Positions 41,345-64,000 of a DNA stretch of 64,000 bases are shown piece after piece. The DNA lies in assembly GCF_009914755.1 (NCBI RefSeq), contig NC_060946.1, one strand, 5' to 3'. Each line of letters opens with the position of its first letter. Position 1 is the first letter of the stretch. Made by a program: the position numbers and the translations under genes. The stretch comes from the human T2T-CHM13v2.0 reference genome, Homo sapiens. The notes under the pieces were generated by a model. It was not told the origin of the DNA, did not search any database, and was given only the letters and a program-made list of their open reading frames with translations.

Positions 41345-42619
41345 TAAAAAAAAAAAAAAACCAGCCTACTTGGCCAAGTGTAAGTTCTCACCGGCTTATC
41401 TTCAACGTCGTCATATCCATACACCTTCCAGCATTACTCCCAGTTCCCTGGACATGCCGTGCAATTTCTTCTGCCTGGAACCTCCTTATCTAGTTGGCAA
41501 TATGCTCTGGGGTCGCTGCCACCACGAAGCCCTCCCTTCTGGCCCCAGATAGAAGTGTGGTCACTCTCTTCTTGGGAAGCCATATGCACCTCCATTGCAG
41601 CCCTTATTCATCTGACAGTCACTCCACCAGTATTCAGTGAGCACTGGTTATATGCCAGACACATGCAGTTGTGAATAAACAGTCATATGTTGACAAATTA
41701 AATTTAAACAATTTAAAATATCACAAAAATAGATAGATACTAACAAATTGTGATAAAGCCTCCAAAAGCAAAGTCCAGGCAATCCGTTGGAGGAGAAGGC
41801 AGGGTACGGGGAGGTGGAAGGTGCTGGTTTATGCTGGAAGATCAGGTCGGGCCCCCAGTGCAGAGACCCAGGGATCAAAGAGGAGCAAGGCCAAGAGTGG
41901 GAGGAACTCCCGAGGCTGAGGGATCCACGCTGAATTGAGAACACTAAACTGAATTTCCTGGGGTCACAGACTGGGTCATTCCTTTCTCAAGCCCCAGGAG
42001 CTTAGCGCAGGGCCTGGCCCAGTTAGGCATCTGGCAGCATTTTATGAATGAATGAATGAATGAATGATAGGAAAAGAAGGGCAGAGCGACCACAGACAGA
42101 GTGGTTTGAGGGCCCCTGGACACTGGTTGCCTTCACAGGTGTGTGCCTCCAACTAGCTGAGCCAATGTGGGAGACAGAGATTGGGATTCCCAGCAGCACA
42201 CACCTCCAGCAAGTGCCCAGAGCCCCAGGCCAATGATTCTTTTCTTCCTTCATTCATTTTGTTGACAAATATTAATTAAGCATCTACTATGTACTGGGCT
42301 TTAAACTAGAAGCTGTCTCCTTTGCCTTCCACTCATGCCAGATCTCCAGCAGGCTATTGCTCTCCTGAGCTCTCTGAGGTTTGAGTCTCTCTCCACTTCT
42401 GGATGTTTCCCTAATCCCGTACCTCAGTCACCTGCCATGGGACCTGCCAGGACATCCTCCTGATCACCAGGAGAAATCCAGGGCCATCTTTGATTATACT
42501 GCCTTGTTATTCACAAGCCCAAACATGATTTAGGGGGCAGTTGCTCACTTTGCCAAAAGAATTTCTGCTTTACCAAAAAAATTCCCAAAGTTATTTTAAT
42601 TCGTCTTCCTAGGAAGATT

Positions 42620-43790
<1,171 letters not shown>

Positions 43791-44322
43791 AAATTTCAAA
43801 AGTTGACTGCTACTGGGATGTAATAGACACTGCCTCCCACCAAATATACTGTAAAACTCTAGGCATGATATATAAGACAAGCAGGAGGAGATCTGAAAGG
43901 AGGGAAGGAGAAGGCAGATCTGCTAGGCCCCCGGGACCCCAGGAACACCATGGGGTGAGTTTGCTGGAATTTTGTTCGTTTGTTTGAATTTGCCTCCTGT
44001 ATCCTCGACTTGGAGCTGAAGACGCCAGCAGCCAGAAACACCAAGGGGCATAGATATTTTTTAAAAACTCCACAAAGGCCTGCCTTCTTCCCAAAGAACT
44101 AGAAAAGAGGCAACCTGGCAAGACAGAAAATTTTCAGACAATAATTACTCTACTGTAGCCAAGCACCTCAGAAAAATCTGTGTCTGTGCCGATGCCAGCA
44201 ATGGCCGAGTGGAGAGCATAGACATCCGCCCTCAACAGGTTATAACAAGGTTCTCCAACCTCCCTGCCAGGGCACCATCAGAGAAGGCCAAGTACAGAGC
44301 TGGGACTTTCATCCCTACCTAA

Positions 44323-46575
<2,253 letters not shown>

Positions 46576-47544
46576 CAGGCTAAGCAAATACCACACAGGA
46601 TAAACCCAAAGAAATCCACACCAAGAAACATGATAGTCAAATTTTCCTGGAAACTAAAAACAAAACAAAACAAAACAAAAAAATCTGGAAGGCAGCAAGA
46701 GAGAAACATTTTACCTATAGGATAAAAAAAATAAAGAAAAATGGTGGATTGCTCGTCTGAAACTATGCTGTTCAGAGGGAAGTGGTATAGCATTTTTAAA
46801 GTGCTGGGGAAAAAAAATGTCAATGCAGAATCCTATGTCCAGAGAAAATTTATCCTTCAAGAATAAAAGGCAAATCAAAGTATTCTTGGATTAAAAAACA
46901 AATCTAAGAGAATTTATCATCAGCAAACACACTCTAAAAAACTAAAGGAAGTTCTTGAAACAGAAATAGAATGATAAAAGAAGACATCAATCTGGAAACA
47001 GAAAGGAAGGAAGAAGGAAGAACATAGCATGAAAAGGTTTGGGTAACCATGAGACTTCTCCCTTCATGTTTGATAGTTGAAGCAAAGATGATAACACCTT
47101 CTGATATGGCTGTCAATGTATGTGGAGGAAACATTTAAGACAATTATAAATGGAAGAGATAAAAGAACTTAAAGGGAGGTAAGGTTTATACAACTCACTG
47201 AAACTGGTAAAATGACAACATCAGTATATTGCGATAAGTTACGTATATATAATGTAATAACTAGAGAAACTACTAAAAAGCTACATTAAAATATACACTT
47301 AAAAACACCATTGATAAACCAAAATAAAATTCTAAAGAACGTTAAAGTACTCCACAGGAAGGCCAGACAATGGAAACAGATAGAAGAGAAAAAGAGAGAA
47401 CAAGCCAACAAAAAAGAATTCAGCCCTAACATATCCTAATTATATTAAGTGTTAATGGTCTTAATATGCTAATTAAAGACAGAAATTAACAGAGCAGATT
47501 TTAAAACATGACCCAATTAGATGCTGCTTGTAAGAAATTAACTT

Positions 47545-51191
<3,647 letters not shown>

Positions 51192-51410
51192 CTAACTTGA
51201 TGAAGAGTATCTATAAGAAACCTACGGCTAACATTAAACTCAATGATGAAAGACTTAGTGCTTCTCACACTCTTATTCAACATACTGCTAGAAGTTCTAG
51301 CCTGTGCAATAAAGCAAGAAAAAGAAATGAGAGACATACAGATCAAAAAGGGAGAAACTGTCCCTATTTATAGATGATATGATTGTCCACATAGAAAATC
51401 CCAAGGAATT

Positions 51411-51703
51411 GGCCGGGCGTGGTGGCTCACACCTGTAATCCCAGCACTTTGGGAGGCCGAGGCAGGCAGATCACGAGGTCAGGAGATCACGACCACCCTG
51501 GCTAACACGGTGAAACCCCGTCTCCTACTAAAAATACAAAAAATTAGCCAGGCATGGTGGCAGATGCCTGTAGTCCCAGCTACTCAGGAGGCTGAGGCAG
51601 AAGAATGGCGTGAACCAGGAGGCGGAGCTTGCAGTGAGCCGAGATCACACCACTGCACTCCAGTCTGGGCAACAGAGCAAGACTCTGTCTCAAAAAAAAA
51701 AAA
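51411..51703 (+). mobile_element. AluY-like
   Basis: Diagnostic ctggctaacacggtgaaacccc, ggcgtgaacc, gcggagcttgcagtg. Confidence 0.85.
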
Positions 51704-52848
51704 GAACTGCTTAGGTATAAATCTTATAAAAAATGTACACAAGGTTTGTGTGCTGAAAACTACACAATACTGATGAAAGAAAGAAAAAATAAATAAATGG
51801 AGAGACACATCACATTAATACATTTTCCAAAACATAGTAAAGATTTTAATTCTTCCCAAATTGACATACAGATTTAATGTGCTACCTATAAAAATTCCAG
51901 CAAGATTTTTTGTAGATAGAGACAAGCATATTTCAAGACTTACATGGAAAAACAAAGGAACTAGAATCATTGGAACAAATTTTAAAAAGAAGAACAAAGT
52001 GGGAGAGATCAGTCTTCCTGATTTATTATATATGAGATATATAAGACTTATTATGTAATATATTTACAATAATCATGACTGTGGTATTGGCAGAGGGAGA
52101 GACACATAGATCAGGGCAACAGAATAGAAGACTCAGAAAAGACTCCACAAAGATATGCCTGGCTGATTTTTTGTTTTTATAATAGTATAAATCAATTCAG
52201 TGGATGAAAGACAGATGTTTTAACCAAGATTGTTGGAGCAATTGGACAACCATAGGCAAAAAGAAAAAAAAAAGGAACCTCAAACTAAGTCTCACACTTT
52301 ACACAAAACAAACTCAAATGGATCATGAACTTAAATGTAAAATGTAAAAATATAAAACTTTCAGGAGAAAATATTTAAAATCTAGGGCTACGCATACGGT
52401 TCTCACACTTGACACCAAAATTATGATCCATAAAAGGAAAGACTGATACAATGGACTTCATTAAAATTTAAAACTTTCTTTCTGTGAAAGACTCTGCTAA
52501 GAGGATGAAAAGACAAACTACAGACTGGGAGACAATATTTGCAAACCGCTGTCTGACAAAGAGCCTAGAACATATAAAGAACTCTCAAACCTCAACAGTA
52601 AAAAAAAAAGAAAAAAATCCAATTAGAAAATGGGCAAAAGACACGAAGGTACATTTCATCAAAGAGGGTATACAAATGACAGATAAGCACATGAAAATAT
52701 GTTCAACATCATTAACCATTAGTGAAACGCAAATGAAAACCACAATGAGATAGCATTATACACCTATCAGAATGGCTGAAAGAAAAAACCGTGACACCAC
52801 CCAATGTTGGCACATTGGATCACTTATACATTGCTAGTGGGAGTGTAA

Positions 52849-53186
<338 letters not shown>

Positions 53187-53489
53187 CAGTTTGCCAATTT
53201 CTTTAAAAATTAAACGTGCAAGAACCATGCATACAACCCAGCAGTTGCACTCCTGGGCATTTATCCCAGGGAAATGAAAACTTATGTTCACACAAAAACC
53301 TGTACGGGAATGTTTATAGCAGCTTTAGTCATAATAGCTCAAAACTGGAAGCAACCCAGATGTCCTTCAACAAATGAAGAGTTAAACAAACTGTAGAACA
53401 TTCAGGCGATGGAAAACTACTCAGCAATAAAAAAGAATGAACTGTTGATACACACGACTCCCGGATGACCCTCCAGAGAACTGCGCTGA

Positions 53490-53844
<355 letters not shown>

Positions 53845-54212
53845 ATATAACATTCTTGAAATTACACAATTACAGAAATGGAGAATAGAGCCGTGGGTTG
53901 CCAGGTGCTGAGGAGGAGCTGGGCTTGGAGGGAAGTGGGCGTGGCCATAAAAGGATGCCTGGAGGGATCCTCATGGTGACGGAAATGTTCCGAGTCGATG
54001 TTAATCTGGTTATGACATCTTATTATAGGTTTGCAAGATGTTATTTACCATTGCAGGAAACTGGGTAAAGGATACACAAGATCACTCTGTGTTATTTCTT
54101 ACAACTGCATGTGAATCCACAATTATCTCAAAATAAAAAGTTTAATTTAAAAAAGTTTCTCGATGACAAGATCTGATATTCTATATCCACAGTAGAATTT
54201 AAACTGAAATCT

Positions 54213-55798
<1,586 letters not shown>

Positions 55799-56205
55799 CT
55801 AAGAAGCAGTTGTGGTGGCTGAACGTTTGGGTCTCTACAGGGCCACCTGGCTGGGAAACACAGGGAAAAGCCAGGAACCCTGGATGTAAATGTTGCTACG
55901 GCATTTGAACATCACTCTTGGACATTCTTGTGCTCAGATAAAAAATCGGGGCTGACCGGCAGCCTAGCTTGCTGGAGGGGAGGTATAGCTGATTGAATAC
56001 ACAGACCAAAATGTGGGGTTGGCTTGAAAACTGTCAGGATGGGCCACGTGTGTTGATCCACGTGGGATTGCACAGACGCACCCTGTGGGTTCTTACTGTA
56101 AAACCCCTGCGTCTGGGAAATGCTTCGTCTTCGTGGCACAAACTGTTCCTCTGTTCCTTTTGTCTCCAAGTCCCCTGTTACTCCAGAAGTCCCTTCTCCC
56201 AAGCC

Positions 56206-56497
56206 TTTTCTTTTTTCTTTTCTTTTCTTTTCTTTCTTTCTTTTTTTTGAGACGGAGTCTCGCTCTGTCGCCCAGGCTGGAGTGCAACGGCACAATCTCA
56301 ACTCACTGCAAACTCCGCCTCCTGAGTAGCTGGGATTACAGGCAACTGCCATCATGCCCAGCTAATTTTTGTATTTTTAGTAGAGGTGGGGTTTCACCAT
56401 GTTGGTCAGGTTGGTCTCAAACTCCTGACCTGAAGTGATCCACCCGCCTCGGCCTCCCAAAGCGCTGGGATTACAGGCATGAGCCACCGTGCCCAGC
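56206..56497 (-). mobile_element. Alu (internal deletion)
   Basis: TSD-like ctcccaagcc. Confidence 0.92.
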
Positions 56498-57342
56498 CCT
56501 CCCAAGCCATTTCTCTGGATCCTGAAGCTAGAGAAGACCTCAGAGAATGGTCTGATGCTGCCCAGAAACCACAAAGGTGGAACATGGTGCATCCCTGTTT
56601 TACAGACAAGGGAGGGGACTGATTCTTAGGGAAGGGAAGTGACCTGTCCTATTAGAACCCAGGCGTCAGCTCTCCACCCATCTTCACTTGGTCAAAGTTG
56701 GAGGAAAGGGGGCCTTCAGCAGCACCAGGAGGGAATGATAACCAGGCTTCCCTGTCCAGCGCCCTCCCACCATCCCCGCAGCCATGGCCCAGTTGAGATC
56801 TTCCATACCTGGGACATGCAGTCAGTCATCACTGATCCAGCCATCTGTGTTGGGAGCCTACTGTGCATCTAGAACAGCCTACTGTTCTAGATGGCGAGGG
56901 AAGAGGGACGAACGCAACAGACACAGAGGTCCTTGCCACAGTGCTCCTAGCCCAGCTTGAGCAGCCAGTGCCCCGCCCTGCCTTCCCCTCATCCACGGCC
57001 TCTGTGGTCTCCTGGTTGCACACAGAGGGTCCTATTAACCTCCGGAGGCCAGGAGGTCTGTGAGTTTGGGCCTCATATTCAGGAAAGATCTACTTCAACT
57101 TTCAAGATTTTGTAGACCCAAACACGGGTCTACAAATGGCCGTTGCATGGTAGTTGTGTCAGAAGTGTTAGTTTGATCAATGTAAACTATTTAGAATGCA
57201 GAATGGCTTTGCTACCCCTATTTGATATTTCTTCACGCTTTCAATATAACCAAGCCTTATGCACCTGCTCCAGGTAAGCACCCTGTCCTGGCTGTGACTT
57301 AGTGGCCCCCTCGGGTTGGGGCAGCTTCCATGAGCTCATGCA

Positions 57343-57648
57343 TTTTATTTTATTTATTTTTTCATTTTTATTTTTTGAGACTGTCGCCCAGGCTGGAGTG
57401 CAGTGGTATGATCTCGGCTCACTGACACGGCCGCCTCCTGGGTTCAAGTGATTTTCCTGCCTCAGCCTCCCGAGTAGCTGGGATTACAGGCACCTGCCAC
57501 CACACCCGGCTAATTTTTTTCTATTTTTAGTAGAGATGGGGTTTCACCATTTTGGCCAGGCTGGTCTGGAACTCCTGACCTCAGGTCATCCACCCACCTC
57601 GGCCTCCCAAAGCGTTGGGATTACAGGCCTGAGCCACTGCGCCCGGCC
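57343..57648 (-). mobile_element. Alu
   Basis: TSD GAGCTCATGCATTTTA. Confidence 0.93.
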
Positions 57649-57854
57649 AGAGCTCATGCATTTTAAAGGTGAGAAAGCCAAGGCATGTCTTCTCCCCCTC
57701 CCCCAGCTCAGCCCCCTCACAAAACATGCACAGGTGCACACAAGCATACATGCATGAACACTTGCCTATGCACACATGCTGACCGTGCACACACACATGC
57801 ACATGCACACTGGACAACTGCACACACTCCCGCCCCAGACCCTGGCCGTGCCCT

Positions 57855-57881
57855 CCTGTGAGTCACAAGGTGACTCACAGG
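57855..57881. promoter_or_regulatory. Palindrome with two AP-1 sites
   Basis: CCTGTGAGTCAC-AAG-GTGACTCACAGG. Confidence 0.6.
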
Positions 57882-58208
57882 CACCTCCCTCCTCTCTGAT
57901 CTTCAGGGTAGGGGAGAGACAGTAAAAGGGAGAGGGAGAAGAGATGTCTCAAAGCGAAACCTAAGAAAGTGACTTTGGGTCCAGCTGGGGCCTGAGGGAC
58001 AATCAGGGTCAGGGCTGGGGATCCAGGGTGTCCTGCCTGTGCCAGCCCGGAAAACAAGGCACATCAGCACCAAGTCAACAAGGCCCTCCTTCTCTCACAA
58101 GCTCCCCTCCCTGTGGGCTCTTTCCCCGCCTGCTGGACCCAGGTTCCAGCTGGAGGGGAGGAAGCCACTAAGATGCAGTGGGGGAAAGTGACGCCCTCAC
58201 AAACATAA

Positions 58209-58908
<700 letters not shown>

Positions 58909-59907
58909 CTTCACCTGGTTCTTTACATGCAATCCCTGGGAAGGCTGTGTAGACAGAGTGGGAAGAGTCACTTGGCTTCACAGACGGAAGCCTGGAAGGG
59001 GCAAGGCAGGATTTGAAACCCAGGGAGGGGCTGGGGGTTCTGGAGCGCTAGCTTCCAGAGGGTGGAGGCCAGGTCACCGCTGATTTTGGTGGTCATGTTA
59101 CCTGTACCCCACCCGGGCCATAACCTCCATGGAGTGAGCGGCAGGTGCGCTGGGAGAGCTGGGGGTCTGGGGTCAGGACTGCTGGGGGTGGGGCGACCTG
59201 GCCAAGTCAGCACCCCACCCCTGCCTCAGTTTCCCCATTTGAGGAATTTGCCATTGCTGACTCTTCTGAAGCTCTATTATACCAGGACTCAGAAAAGAAA
59301 ATGAGGGTACCCTGAGGCTGTCTGCAGCTGGGCTGACTGATGGGGGGACTTCTAAGGATGCTTCCCCGCTGTTCCCCTGTTGCTGCCCCCAACTCAGCTG
59401 CCAGGGAAAGACGCCCAATATCCCCATTTCCTCAAAGCCCCCTCCTCATGGGAGTCCTCCTCTGGGCTGAACCCTGGACTCCATTCTCCTCTCCTGTCCT
59501 GGGGGGCTGGGAGGGAGGTGAATTGGGCCTGACCTGAGCCTCCTGGGGAGATGGGGCTTGGAGAGTAGGGTCAGCCCTGGGTCTAGAAGCTTCTCCCTAG
59601 CAGTGCCCAGCTGCTTCCCAGGCCATAGACAGGTGGCCTGGAGCAGGGCTGGGGCAGGCCTCAGGCGGCCCCCACACCCCTGCTTCCGCCTTGAATAGCA
59701 GAAACATTCCTACATCTGTCATGGGAAGACGGCCAGCTCCGCCTTCACCCAGGAAACCAAACATTTCCGCTGTGCCCAGCCTTCTTCCCACAAAGTATCA
59801 GGGCGTTCGGGGCACCCCACCCCACCCCATGGCCAAGGGGCAGGTGTGTGGGAGAAGCCCCCCAAGACCTGAGACCTCAGCTTCTGCTGCAGATGCCTGC
59901 TCCCTTC

Positions 59908-59910
<3 letters not shown>

Positions 59911-59956
<46 letters not shown>
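59911..59956. repeat. (CA)23 microsatellite
   Basis: Uninterrupted CA run. Confidence 0.97.
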
Positions 59957-59958
<2 letters not shown>

Positions 59959-61141
59959 ACTACCAGCAAAACACAGACATACTCACAGGTGCAAAAGCTC
60001 CCAGCCACACCCACAGACAGCTGTACACACACGAACACACACTGGCCACTCACCACAGACCCACAGAGAGGGGGTGCAAACATGCACACACAGTGTTGTT
60101 CCCTGCAGCTGAGCTCCCAGAGAACGGAGATCCTGACTCAGTAGTGCTGGTGCACAGTAGGTCTGCAGTGAGTGCCCTTCGGCACCTACCAGCTTTGAAC
60201 CTCAGTGTGAGGGGTATATTCCTCCATCCACTCCGTTGCCCTCTTCCGCCGCTAGGCTGTGAGTTTCCATGGACAGGATCCTTGTCTGGGGCACAGCTGC
60301 ATCCCCAGAACGAACACAAGACTTGGTACATAGCAGGTACCATCCCACAGGATCATGGTCCTGCTGTCACTCCTCCAATCTCCCAAACCAGCTTCCAAGT
60401 CACTGCCTGATTCTTCAGGAGAGGAGAGGTGGTCTTGCCATCCTGCCAGAACCCAGGGCACCGAGCCCCTCCTCTCTCACGCACTCAAAAAGTCACCACT
60501 ATCTGACCCCTCACCCCTGCACCCTCATGTCCCCAGCCTGCCCCGCCCTTCTCCCAGGACATGGTCCTGCCTGTCCTGCCTCCTGCCCTGGCCATACTCA
60601 CTTCCCTGCCGCAGTCTGGCCAGCCTCAAGGTCAAGTTCACTGTGCCAGGTGTGAGGGTGAAGAGGACACCCTCAGTCCCTGTCTCAGGGAGCACAAGGC
60701 AAACAGGCAATGACAACCTAGGGTGGGGACAAGGGCTCTGATGAGGGGATGAGGGCACGTGGGCAGCTGTGGGGGTCCGAGGAGGGGATACGCAGTCTGT
60801 GGCCTTGCTTAAGGAGGAGCAGAGACAGCTGGGCTCCAGAGTTCGAGCACTTGACCAACCATCATGCTGCCCTCAAACCATGTCTCCTGTCCCAGAAACA
60901 GATGAGGGAGCAGTGAGGCCTGCTCGACAGCTGGGCCCGGGACTCTGCTCCGAAACATGCCTGTTGCTTTCTTCTCTCTGGCTACAGTTTATTTCATCCT
61001 CACTCAAGGAAGCCCTGGTCTCCGGGAGAAAGGCCACATTAGTCCTCCTCAGCTGAAGCCTTCACAGTCCACAGAGTAATTTCACAGCCCCTAGCTCCTT
61101 TAATCCTCACAATAGTCTATGGGGACAGATGTCTCTGCCTT

Positions 61142-61474
<333 letters not shown>

Positions 61475-61519
61475 TAGATGGTGGGAAGCTCAGAGAGTTG
61501 TAAAAGCCAGGTAAAAGCA

Positions 61520-62000
61520 AACATTTACTCGGCTGTGTGGCAGTGAATTCTATAGGAACGTGTTTGGTGTCAGGTCAAAGAAAAATCCAATTTATAGTGG
61601 TTTAGGGAAGAAAAATAGGCGTTAATCTTTCTTCCATAACAAGAAATCAGGAGGCAGTAACGCTTGCCTTGATGATGGCAGGGCTGGATTCCCTGCAATC
61701 TCTTTGTCATCCTTATCATCTCATTACTACAGAATGGCTGCTGACCCGCCAACTGTCACATCTGCATTCAAGGCAGGAAGAAGGGAAACAAGGAAAGGGC
61801 TGTCTCCCTGGAAGTCTCTGTCTTCTGATGAGGATGAGTCCCCACTGTCACCCTCCCTGCACACCCCACAGACTTCCTCTCATGTCTCATTAGCCAGAGT
61901 GCCGTTATATGGCCACACTCAGACCCACCATCGGTCCAGGAGAATCAGATGCCCAGGACTGATGAGACCAGCCTCTGGCACTGAGATCGCAGCATTTCAG
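61520..62000 (-). mobile_element. MLT1 (J/K-like) LTR, antisense
   Basis: atggctgctg...tcacatctgcattcaaggcaggaagaaggg...cagacttcctctcatgtctcattagccaga. Confidence 0.7.
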
Positions 62001-62600
62001 CTGGTTCCATAAGCAGACCAGGGCTCTGTTTAGCAAGAGAAATAAGGAGGGATGGCTGCTGGGCAGGGTCTGCCCTCCCAAAAATTGCCACAGGAAGCAG
62101 TTCCCAGGCATAGTCCCATTTGATCCTCACACAATCTCATAAAGCTGAGGCGATTCTCTGCCAATTTAGCAGACAAGGAGACAAAGCTAGCAAACAGCAG
62201 AGCTGGCACCTAGACCCAAACCTGGGTTCCTCACCACTCTGCCGCCTGCAGGTCACCAGAGGCCTCAAATGCACGGGGCTGCTGCCGGGTGTCAGTTACA
62301 TCCGCCTCACCTGCACCTGCCGTCTCTTGGCTCTGAGTGTGCAGGTCAGGGTACTTGAGTGCCCAGGTACTGACAGGTGACTGCACCATGCAGAGCTCCA
62401 TGTGGCCGCTGTGCACTGGAGAGCTTTGCCCAGAGCTATGGGCTGAGCCCCTGCCATTGGTTCCTTCATCCATCCAGCGTCTGCAGGCCCCAGGCACCAA
62501 GGCAGGCCTTAGGAGGCACAGGCGCAGATCCTGACCTCAAAGACAGACTTTGGCACCCAGTGCCTTCCTAATTCAAGGAGATCTTGGGTAGAATGTTTGA

Positions 62601-64000
<1,400 letters not shown>

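Noticed and set aside
59691-60410. 239-aa ORF with a TH repeat
   Set aside because: The repeat is the (CA)23 microsatellite; no homology recognised; non-ATG start

Overview
Primate (very likely human) genomic DNA, not prokaryotic. The left end carries the 5' part of CBX7 on the minus strand: a CpG-island promoter, coding exon 1 (4767-4835, MELSAIGEQVFAVESIRKKRVRK) and exon 2 (2179-2222, GKVEYLVKWKGWPP-K), which together encode the start of the Polycomb chromodomain. From recalled gene order this is 22q13.1, extending upstream of CBX7 towards PDGFB (inference). The other ~59 kb are intergenic: a full-length FUNDC2 processed pseudogene with target-site duplications, about 65-70 Alu pieces, two large old L1 blocks (one a near full-length L1MD-like element), HAL1, MaLR LTRs (MSTB, MLT1), DNA transposon fossils (MER33, Tigger2-like, MER45, MER5A), L2/MIR fragments, a 55-bp minisatellite and microsatellites. 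Apart from the ORFs overlapping CBX7 exon 1 and the FUNDC2 copy, the supplied ORFs look repeat-derived or like chance GC-rich frames. I see no evidence for a new multi-gene system. The most notable unexplained signals are a strong-Kozak uORF ahead of the CBX7 start codon, fossil template-switch/repair scars (a 30-bp inverted templated insertion inside an Alu; an inverted duplication with a fold-back junction inside an L1), and several dense motif clusters (RFX/CRE/AP-1/ETS/FOX, tandem TEAD, a twin AP-1 palindrome, a CTCF site). Repeat subfamily names come from recalled consensus sequences and repeat boundaries are approximate.
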